Assembly: GCF_000143415.4 (NCBI RefSeq)
Contig: NW_003314261.1
Location: 1,936,117-2,000,116, forward strand
From: Selaginella moellendorffii
Taxonomy: Eukaryota > Plantae > Lycopodiophyta
Direction: 5' to 3'
DNA length: 64,000 nt
Shown: piece after piece, positions 49,387-60,500 of the stretch
Layout: each line of letters begins with the position of its first letter
Numbering within the stretch: position 1 is the stretch's first letter
Made by a program: the position numbers and the translations under genes
Notes under the pieces: model-generated
The model's input: only the letters and a program-made list of their open reading frames with translations
Database searches by the model: none
What the model was told of the DNA's origin: nothing

Positions 49387-52300
49387 TGTTATGATCTAGC
49401 GCAAAAAGACAAAGATCTAGTCTCCCTAGACTATGCTACGCCACCTCTTGAAGTTCTTTGCCACCCAACCACCCTCGAGCTAGCTCAAAAGCTTTACTGT
49501 GCCGCCACTCCACTATAAGCCCTAGGGTATTAACATGCCTTAATATACCCTTGAGCCTCCCTTTGATCGACGTTGACCACCTAATAATTCTTCCCCCCTG
49601 TAAGCAACCAAAGAGAACGACTTGAGAGACGATCCATGAGGTTCAAATATAGAGGGAAAGGGCCCATAAATAAGAGTGCATCCCCTTTTTCAATCGGTTA
49701 AAGGTCTTGAGATACTTGGGGTTAAATGTCCTTGGGGTTGAATAGTACTAGGTTGGGTGACCTCGCGGGAAGTCCAAATTCAAGAGCTTACATTTGGTAT
49801 CAGAGAGGTCTCAAGTCCGACTCTGTTGGTTGGCTAGAGGAATCACACCACATGTTGATTGACATCTGGTTGGTCCAATTTGCTCCCATTGGGCTCGACC
49901 CAAGGGGTAGGGTGTCAAGAGAGCAGGGCTCTTAGGAGAGCTGTGGCTCTCAGCTTCCGTTCATGAGGGTGTGAACTTGTAAGAAAGTGTGGTGGATTGT
50001 AAGAAACCAAAGAGAACAACTTGAAAGATGATCCATGAGGTTCAAATATAGAGGGAAAGGGCCCATGAAGACTGCATCCCCTTTTTCAATCGGTTAAGGG
50101 TCTTGGAATACTTGGGGTTAAACGTCTTTAGGTTTGAATAGTACTGTGCTAAGTGACCTCCCAGGAAGTCCAAATTCAAGAGCTTACACCCCTAAACAAA
50201 GTCTTTGTCTCAAGGATGAGTTGTACCAGTGATCACCCTTTCTGGGGAACCTTGCTTAAGCTCTTGGTCCATCTTCCATAGCCGTATACATCAAGGAGGC
50301 ATTGGGCCTATCATTTCAAGATAGTACACCTTTCAACTGGCTGATATAAAATATTAAATGAATTTTCACCTCAGCTGGCAATTGCACCCAATAAGCCATT
50401 TTACCAATGCATTCCAACACTTCATATGAACCAGCATATCAATGGGAAAGTTTGTCACTCTTCCTTGTCCGTAAAAGCACCAAGGTGTTCTACTGCTCAC
50501 TTGACAGAAAGATTATTCACACAAAGACAAGATCACCCATTTTATATTTCTAGAATTAACGATACTCATTAGCAAACTTCTCCACTCTATCTTGAGCTAC
50601 TTGCAAATTTCGTTTGCATACCACCAGAATTTTATCAAGTTCTATGGCCAGGTTAGTCACCTCTGAATTAAACTTGTCTTGAACATCCTTACTCAAATGC
50701 AATCCCAACTCCACCATTGTTCGGAGATGCTTTTCAAACATGGCAAAATAAGGACTTAGTTTAGTTCCATTATGTTAGTTATTGTTGTAAGAAAATTGCA
50801 TTAACAGAAGATATAGATCCCATTATCCTTGCCTTTGACCAATGCTACAACCTCCTACACCACTTGATTCACATGCTTAGTTTGCCCATTCATCTAAGGA
50901 TGATTTCCACTCGAGAGTTTTTAAGTCACTTGCATATCCTTTGCAAAGCACTTCCAAAATCCACTTGTGAACTTTGAATCTCGATCACTAATGGTGTCCT
51001 TCGACAAACCAAAATCAGGAAAAACCATCTCCAAGTAGACCGTAGCTAAGTCTGAGGTGGTGACAGTCTTTTGAAGAGCTAACAACCGCACATATTTCGT
51101 CAATCGATCCACTATAGCCTATATTTTCTCCTTTTGCCTCTATGTTTGTGGTAAACAAGTGATGAAGTCCATAGAGATACTACACCAATGGCTTTGAGGA
51201 ATAGGTAAAGGTTGCAAAAGTCCCCCCAGCTTCTCTTGTGGCACCTTAACATGCTAATAGAGTTTAGATGATTTACAATACTTAAGGATATCAGCCTTCA
51301 TATTCCTCTAATAAAAATTGCACTTAAATCAACTCATACATCTTCCTCCCCTTAAAATGACCAGCCTCTGGACGATCATGATAGTGGAATAAAACTTGAG
51401 TAATTAATGCATCCACCCATGGCAAATATACACGGCCATTGTAGTAGAGAATCCCATCCACCAATGAGAAAGGGGTTTCCATCTAGTCGCGTAAAGAGGC
51501 CACCTTAGCATTTTGAGCCTGAGCATGCTCAACCAATTGCCCAAACTTGCTACCACTTTACCCAAATGATGACAAAACAATGTTTGTAATGCCATCATAT
51601 AACAAACACGAGATAAAGCATCCGTCACCACATTTGATTTTCTTGGACGATGCTCAATAAGAAACTCCCCAAACTCCATGAGTTTAACCATCTAACAAGC
51701 TTACCTAGTATTCAACTTCTTCTATGTGAAAAGATACACAAGTAGTTTGTGATCTATCAACACTATAAATACTGCACCATAAAGATAATGCCACCATATT
51801 TGCAAAGCATGAACAATAGAGAGTAACTCTTGCTCATATATGGAATAGCATTGTTCTGTGGGATTCAAAGTTCAACTCTCATATGCAATAGACTGTCCCT
51901 CTTGCATGAGAACTCCTCCCAGTGCATAACCACTCGCATCGCATATCACCTCATAAGGTTTTGATGGATTAGCAATGCAAAGCATTAGAGCCTCACTCAA
52001 AAATTGTTTCAGTGCCACAAAACTCTTTTTTTGTGCTGTCTTCCACTCGAATGGCATATTCTTGCACTACAACCGTGTCAAAGGAATAGCCACCTCCACA
52101 AACTTATGTAGGAAATATCAGAAGTAACAAGCCATACCAAGAAAGCTCCGTAACTTGGCTACTGAAGTTGGTGTAGGCCAATTTTCCACCATAGCCACCT
52201 TCCTTAGATCCATCTTGACACCTTAGATGTCATAATATGGCCTAGATATTTCACTTCTGACTTTGCAAATTCATATTTTCTTTTTTTTGGATAAAATTTG

Positions 52301-54815
52301 TTGTCACGGAGTAACAAAAGAACCTTGCATAAATGCACCTTATGCTCCTCTATATTTTTGCTGAAAACAAGAATATCGTCCAAGAAAATTTCCACAGACT
52401 CATGAAGATAACGCCCAAAGACCTTAGTTATCAACCGAGTAAATATGGCTGATGCATTCGTCAAACCAAATAGCATAATTGTAAACTCAAAATGCCTGAA
52501 GCTTGTGTTGAATGTTGTCTTAGAGATAGATGTATCATCCATTGCAATCTCATGATATCCACTCCTTAAATCAATCTTAGTAAACACTCGTGCTTCACTA
52601 AGCTTGTCCAAGATATCATCCACATCCACGTGTGTCATTTTATCCCTCACTATCTTCTTGTTCAAGGCACAATAGTAAATACACATTTACATTGAACCGT
52701 CAAGACTGGAGCACCAAACAGAGACTTACTTAGTTGAATACATCCAAACTCAAGTAACTCCTTGACTTGTTATCAAACTTCTTACTCTTCTACATAACTT
52801 AACTGAAATAGACACTGATAAATTGGCTGTGTCCCCGGCTCCAATGTAATCCCATGCTCCACACCTCATAATGGAGGTAATGTATGAGGAAGTTCAGATG
52901 GAAATACATTGGAAAACTCATTGAGTACATCTCATACTACTGCTTCGCCCCCACACATGCCGTGGTCCCCCAAGTCACGAATAAATAGCAAGTAATTTGA
53001 AAGTGTTTTTCCATTATGACAAACCTTCTTCAAAGATGTAATAGAGAGCATAACAACTAAAGGTTGAACTCCTTTCCAAACCTGTGAAAAATTATAGACA
53101 AGGTTGTTATTATTGCGGCGAGTTTAGACACTACAAGGTTGATTGTCCATAGTTGAAGAACAAACAGCAAGGTAAGAAGAATGGCCAATCTTCTATTGAT
53201 GGTAAGTCGAATACTAAAAAGTTGCAAGCTTTGTAGCGTGAAAATGATGGGGACAGCTAGTTTGGTCAAAAGAAGAGGCTTTCAATCGTTGCTCGTCAAC
53301 TCAACTGTATATGGAACAAGATGGAGCTCGAGGATACTCATGAATTAGCTTTAATTCTAGAGGGTGTGTTCCGTGGCGGTCCAATGCAGATTTTACTGGA
53401 TAGTTGGAGTGATAACAACTTTGTTTCAACAAAGTTTGTTGCCTTAGTCATATGAAGAGTTCTTCCATACATGGTGGAAGGTGCAGCTACCTCTGCTCAA
53501 CATTTCAATATTTGTGTAGAGAGGCTGGAAGTGTTGGTTGGCAAAACCACACTTGTGGAGATTTTTTATCTCACAGATATCTATCGTGTGGATTTCATAG
53601 TTGGTGAAGGTGGATCCAGAGATAAAATGGAGTATTAAGCATGTCTCACTAGAGTACAATGGCATTAAAGATGTGTATAAATTTTTGCTTCTTTAACCCC
53701 TTTGCATTTGGAGTAGTCACCACAGACTTCAACTTGTGGTACTTATTCCCATTCTTGTGTCCATGGTGATCATTACAATGATTCTCGATAGAAGGACTCT
53801 GTAAATGCTTGTGAGACTTGTGATTGTCATTGTAAAGTTGACAAGTTGCATCAAAGAGCTCTTCCAAACTCTTTGTAAGCTGAGAATGATGCAAGTTTTG
53901 TTGCATGCTCTCACTATGAAAGCCATCAATGAAGTAGGACTTGTTTTGATTTGGATCCTTTGTTGGAACACGGCTAATCAAGTGAATAAGCTTCTCAATA
54001 TAGTCCCCAAGCATCATTTTCCCTTGCTGAAAATATCGAAGTTCTATACAAGCATTTTCCACATCATAGTGAGGGCAAATGTAAATGAAAAATAACCTTA
54101 AACTCATCCATGGTAGACACTAATGGTTTCTTATCTGTAACACAAGACTCCTCAAGCCAATTCCACCACCGAAGACCCTTATCATGCAAAACCATTGGAA
54201 TAACTACTAAAGCCTTTACATCTGGAGTTCCTCTAGCGGCCAAGAACTTCTTCACATTGGCTAGCCAAGTGAGACACTTGTTCATACCACCATCACTAGA
54301 AAAAGTTGGAATCTTGAGTCGATCTACCAAGGAAGGCTTACTTGGAGCACTACCATGTCCAGCTTCGAGTGCCTCAACATGCCCATGCATAGTATCCATC
54401 ATGCCATGTATCTCATCTTGCATCTTTTACTAATTTCGATTAAGGGCTCGCAGCTCATGAACAACATTTTGAATAGTCTAAACCTCTGCATCTCCATTGG
54501 CACCATCTTCGACACCACCATCAACAATAGGATTCTAATGTTCAGCTTGGCTGGCCATCATAATCAACTCCTTTGATACCAATATTATGATCCAGTGCAA
54601 AAAGACAAAAATTTAGTCTCCCTAGATTATAATACACCTCTTATTGAGGTTCCTTGCCACCTAACCACCCCTAAGCTACTTCAAAAGCTCCACTATGCTG
54701 CCATTCCATTGTGAGCCCTAGGGTAGGTTAAGTCCCTTACCCTAATATGCCTTAATATACACTTGAGCCTCCTTTTGACCGATGTTGACCACATGGTCAA
54801 AGCTAGTGCCTAATA
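49387..54815 (-). mobile_element. Degenerate Ty3/Gypsy LTR retrotransposon (chromovirus-branch-like RT, tRNA-Met PBS)
   Basis: LTRs at about 49387-49586 and 54583-54815; TSD ATATG; PBS tggtatcaaagg. RT KIDLRSGYHE and FLDDILV; RH CDASGYALGGVL; INT SDRDSKFTSGFW. Confidence 0.9.
49599..50188 (+). mobile_element. Cassandra TRIM, second copy with a longer internal region
   Basis: LTRs at 49599-49792 and 49998-50188; PBS tggtatcagag; flanks ccccc / cccct. Inserted in the PPT of the host element. Confidence 0.9.
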
Positions 54816-56699
54816 ATATGTACTATATCTTTATCAACATCTTATACTAGAATCCTAAAGTGGATATTCATCTAAACTAAGTAATCCTTACTATTGCTGA
54901 GTTGTAGAAGACTTCTAGAGCTAATTAGATTTTCTAAGACTATTGATGTTTATTCTCTATCAATAATATAAACTTATTATACTTTATATAATTAATAAAT
55001 AAATATTTTTTCATTTTTTTTTCACTTCATATACTTGCAAGTGTTCTTTTTGCAATACTACCCATAATACTCGTATGTCTTTATTGCTATCTTTACTATC
55101 TCAAAAAATATTTCATAGCATTCTTTTGGGTGTATGATGTTACAATGTGTCATGAAAGTATATATACCATCATACTAATTATTGCCATTGTTTCTGCTAG
55201 AAGCCAAAAAATATATAAGGCATTTTTTGAAAGTCATAGAGTTGCAATTTTCTAAAATAAGTAGGAGAGCATTCTTTTTCACTCAATTTATTGCACCCTC
55301 TATCATTACATTTATCTCAAACTCATGATCATTATCTTTATTATCCTCTCTTTCTTTCTCTTGTATGCTTTATGGGACAACTATTGCAACTTCTAGTCTT
55401 TAAATTACTACTTTGGGAAAAATGATTGCAAAAGTTAAATTACCAACATTAAAACTTATAAAACGTTTATGTGTATATCCCTCTTTTTAAATAAGAGTGC
55501 AAATGAAAGATCCATAAATTGTAGATACTATACTATGAGAAACCGCTCAAAAATGTATTGTAGAGAAGAATCAAGTTTCTCATTTATATGCAACAAGCTT
55601 ATATTAACAATTGTTTTTCTTCCTTTCAAATGGTTTTATAGCCTTACATAGAATCTTTTTTCAAATTTAATAATTTTTAAATTCTGACAATTTTATATTT
55701 ATTAGCCAAAAAACATAGAGTAAAGATTTAAGAAAGTGATAAGAATACTTTTTCTATAAATATCTTATTTTATGTTCTAACAAACATCTCTACTATGGCA
55801 TATAATTAATATTTAAATTGTTAGAACAAGAATTGTCCTTTAGAATATTTTTATCTATATAATATCTAGAGAGTTATGAAAATTATTAGGTTTTCCATAA
55901 CCATAATATTTAAATTTTATAATGTTTATTTTAAATTATAATTGAAAATTGAGCTCAACTTGTGAGCTCAACACTTTAGCTCGTGAGCTCAAAAGTGGTC
56001 CACACTCTTCCTCTTTATATAAGTATGATATATTGTATCTTCCACAATTTCTACTCCTTCCTAGATTTGATGACATGATAAAATCCTTTTGAATTATAAC
56101 TTAATCATACAGGTCTGCTATAATATGACTATTCCATAATGAAATAATGTGGTAGTCACATGTGTGGAATTGATCACAGTACAAAATTATAAATGAGAAT
56201 TATGTGTTTTCTTGCACATCATAGAATCTTGTTATAAAATATAAGATTCTTAAATTCATAAACTTTTATAATTATTTTTCTTATTATATGTATTTGTATT
56301 ATTCTTATCTTATGAAGGTGTTATTCCAAACCAATGTGATAGAGAATTTACTATAGGTGATAGATGGTAGTACACAGATGGAATATATTAAAATGAGTAC
56401 AAAAGAATGTGATGATTTTTGGCTTTAATCAAGTACTGAATATATGTACAATATTTAAAACTAAGACATTTCTACTGTATAATTTGTTTTGCAACAATTA
56501 ATCGATAGTAGATCCTAGAATAAAATTATTCCTATCTTTCACATTATGGCTCATGCTTGAGGTGATATTTCTTTCCGTTTTCCTGAAAGTTAGTCTATAT
56601 AATAACTTTGAGTATGTTTTTGAATTCAATGTGTACAGACTTTTAATATTGTACAACATAGTTCTTTATACTTCAAATAGATTTTATTATAACAGTGTT

Positions 56700-57155
56700 A
56701 ATCGATGGTAGATCCTAGATTAAAATCTTTCTTACTCTGCCTACTCCAACTTCATTGGTATTCAAAATTGTTTGCAATGTTTTTCAATTTTCCCACCTCT
56801 CTATCGACGTGCACTCATTTTTACATAGGCCCATAAGCAAACTCCCATCCATATACAATGGCAAGATCTTCTTTGAACTACAATTTTTTGTCAGCTCAAA
56901 ATGAAAGGGAATGGAGACTAAGCAAGATGTCCATAACTAATGCAAGATCAAAACCACATACTTCCAACATTTCAAAGGCACAGTGTCCATGGTTCACTGT
57001 GGTAAGTATTTGGATTATGTGAATGAAATATGTAATCAAGAACATGATAAAAATTCTATATTTTTTAAAGGATCTACAATTAATCTTCCTATTTATGACA
57101 CTATTGGTGTTGGATTCAAGTGCAAGTCTTGCAAGAATGCTCCATTGTATCATGC
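56700..57155 (+). pseudogene. Fragment of a Mutator-like transposase N-terminus
   Basis: YNGKIFFEL...KGMETKQDVHN is homologous to minus-strand 62300-62620. Confidence 0.75.
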
Positions 57156-57748
57156 TGTTGCAAATATGACTTCGGGTATCAAAAGTTACTTGTCAGTCAG
57201 TCCTTACGGACCCTCTTTTTTTACTGCCACGATGGCAAGAGGTCGGTATTGCTAGACCCTTTATTAGTCCCTTTTGTGCTAGTGGAGTTAACTAAGCATT
57301 TCAAGTGTATTTAGACTAGACGAGCATAAGGACGGAATTCCTACGTGCTATTAGCTAAGCATACTTAGCTTGGTAAGGAGTTCCCATCTCGTTATGTTTG
57401 CTCATTTGGCATATTTACGGAATGTAGAGATTGTCCTGAACACAATGGTGTTCATCCCGTGTCCAAATTCGCAATCTAAGGACATTCTATATTTAATAAA
57501 TTTCAAGCTTGTCCCAGAGACTAACTCTTGATACTAAGGGAGGTTTGGGTGAAAGCTCAAAGCATGTGTTCCTCAAAGGGCAGGGGGGGCAGGCTGTAGA
57601 GGGTTCCAAATGTATAGTAGGGATAGTGGGTAGGTCAGGCATAGCTAACCAACTTGAGGCATAATTTAGCTCTCGCTTGCGTGCCTATCCTTGTTTTGCG
57701 TCCGACTTGGGTCTAAGCCAAAGATCCACACCATGCTAGCTGGTGGAG
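57156..57748 (+). mobile_element. Partial family-C LTR
   Basis: Homologous to 43948-44457 plus 45002-45237. Confidence 0.78.
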
Positions 57749-59286
57749 GGGCGCAGACCATACTTGAGCTCATGAGTTGAAGAGTTGAGCTCACGAGTTG
57801 AGCTCAATTTTCAATTGTAATTTAGTACAAACATTATAAACTTTAAAATTTTAAGGTTATGACAAACTTATTAATTTAATAACTCTTTATATATTATATA
57901 GATAAAAATGTTCTTTAGAACACTTCTTGTTCTAATAATTTAAATATTTACTGCATGCAATGATAGGGACATTTGTTAGAATATAAAATAAAATGTTTGC
58001 AAAAAGAGTATTCTTGTCACTTCTTTAAATTTATACTCTATGCTTTCTAGCTAGTAAATGTCAGGTTTGTCAGAATTAAAAAATTATTAAATTTGAAATA
58101 AGATTCTATGGAAAGCCATATAACTTTTTGAAAGGAAAAAAAAAACCGTTGATGTAAGCTTATTGCATATAAAAGAAAGACTTGGTTCTTTTTAGAATAC
58201 ATTCTTGAGGGGTTTGTCATAGCATACTGTCTAGAATTTAGAAATCTTCATTAACACTCTCATTTGAAAAAAGGGAAATATATATAAATGTTTATGGGTT
58301 CTAGTATTGGTAATTTTAACTCTCACAATCTTTCTTCCTAGGGTTCAAGGGCTAAGAGATGCAATAACTATCCCATTACACAGCATAACCAAACCATACA
58401 AGAGAATGAAAGAGAGGATAGTGAGGATAGTGATAAATGCAATGACAAAGGGTGCAACAAATTGAGTGAAAAAGAATACCCTCTTACTTGTTTTAGAAAA
58501 GTGCAATTCTGCCACTTTCAAGAAGTGCCCCATATGTTTTCTAGCATTTGGTGGAAACAATGGCAATGATCAGTATGATGGTATATATGCTTTTGCGACA
58601 CACTGCAACATCACGCACCTGAAAGACTACCATGAAATCTTTTTTGAGATGGTAAAGACAGAAATGGAGACACACGAGTACTATGGGCAGTATTGCAAAA
58701 AGAACACTTGGAAGCATATAAAATGAAAAGTGAAATGAAAAAGCACATTTTTATTAATTATATAAAGTATAATAAGTTTTATTGATAGAGAATAAACATC
58801 GATAGTATTGGAGAAATCTAGTTAGCTCCAAAAGTTTTCTGCAACTTAGCAATAGTAAGGCTTGCTTGGTGTATATGAATATCCACTTTAGGATTCTGGT
58901 GCAAGATGTTGATGAAGATGTAGTACATATGCTTGCAAGGAGCATATGCCTTCCCATGTTCCTCGTGCTTCATAAAGTCTGGACATGTGCAAAAAGGAAA
59001 GTCGTGAATGACAATTATATACTCTCCACCTTCTATTTTGACTATATACTCCTTTGCAAATGCAGTGGTGTACTTCATGAAGAGAATCTCACACTCAAGT
59101 GTTTGAGCCAAGTTTATTTTACCTTGCTTCTGCTTGGAGACAGTACCAATAAATTTAACTACTTTACCTTTACGTGCTGGCCTCTTGTGCATCTCTGTAA
59201 GAATAGTTCTACTCTTGTCACTCATGTCTCCAACTCTCCTCTCAAGATTAAAACCAGATTTCTCAAGGTTTTCAATCTCATCTGAG

Positions 59287-59481
59287 TGTAAGCTCCTGAG
59301 TTTGGACTTCCCAGGAGGTCACCCAGCCCAGTACTATTCAAACCCAAGGACACTTAACCCCAAATATCCTAAGACCCTTAACCGATTGGAAAAGGGGGTG
59401 CACTCTTGTTCATGGGCCCTTTCCCTCTATATTTAAACCCCAACGGATCGTCTCTCAAGTCGTTCTCTTTGGTTGCTTACA
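59287..59481 (-). mobile_element. Cassandra solo LTR
   Basis: Reverse complement of the Cassandra LTR, with TSD CTGAG on both sides. Confidence 0.93.
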
Positions 59482-59823
59482 CTGAGGTGAGCACGACCCC
59501 ATTAACAACTGGCCATTCTTTAGGTACTACATCAGGTTTAGTCACTATAGTGTCTTCAAGCCGCTTCATATGGTTAGCATCAGTGTTGCAACAATATAGG
59601 CAACACCATCTCGAAAATCCTGCTTGCTTTTGTTCCCCATAGAAACATGGGGCTGGAACAGAAGCAGATTTGTCACCACAAATCCAGGCCCAACACTTGC
59701 CCCTCGGAAGCATCCCCACACACCTTACATTCAATTTTGTTGGAACGCGTCGGATTGCCTATTGCTTCAGCTCCACGCTACGGTAAGAAATTTCAACCTG
59801 TTGCGATGCACTCTCTTCATCAG

Positions 59824-60500
59824 TGTAGCGCACCTTATCTCTCTCCCCTTAAGCCAACTGGAAAAGGGGCAATTGCTTGATGAGAGAGCCCTTAGTGGCT
59901 ATTTTATCCCCATTTATCTCCCAAGGTTCAAAGGATCCACGGTGACAGTATATCCAAATCTCATCCCATGATCACATGCGCTACACTCACCCCCCCCTTC
60001 AGAGATGTCAATGTCCTCATTGACTATTGACTAACAACCCCTACTGAGCCAAGGGGAACCAGTACCTCCATTTCCGCACTCAATCTACCAATCCTTCCAT
60101 TGTGTAGACCAGCTATTCCACGTGAGGCAACTAGTCATCCACCTGTACCGCAGTCCCACGGTGGATACCTTCGTCCGTAGATATTCCACACAAGAGGAAG
60201 GACGTACACATGGATGCCCAATATGTACGATTTCAAATTTAGGGGTAGGAATATACCTTGCTCAAGGGTATATTATACTTTTAAGTAGCCACTAATCAAT
60301 GGGAATCGAACCCGTGCCATTTGCTCTCTGATACCAACTGTAGCGCACCTTATCTCTCTCCCCTTAAGCCAACTGGAAAAGGGGCAATTGCTTGATGAGA
60401 GAGCCCTTAGTGGCTATTTTATCCCCATTTATCTCCCAAGGTTCTAAGGATCCACGGTGACAGTATATCCAAATTTCATCCCATGATCACATGCGCTACA
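59824..60500 (-). mobile_element. TRIM (non-Cassandra) with 162-bp near-identical LTRs
   Basis: LTRs at 59824-59985 and 60339-60500 (tgtagcgca...tgcgctaca). TSD ATCAG; minus-strand PBS tggtatcagag; PPT gaagggggggg; 353-bp non-coding interior. Confidence 0.93.

Larger units (their letters stand above)
49085..56007 (+). mobile_element. Decayed 3' part of a Mutator-like SWIM element, split by the 49387-54815 retrotransposon
   Basis: CTCPDF...PCKHM (49320-49386) continues as YYIFINIL after 54820. It is an inverted homolog of 57760-59230 and has gagctcaa repeats at 55951-55992. Confidence 0.8.

Noticed and set aside
60300-60337. tRNA gene
   Set aside because: Only a PBS and a T-arm-like motif are present, with no cloverleaf.
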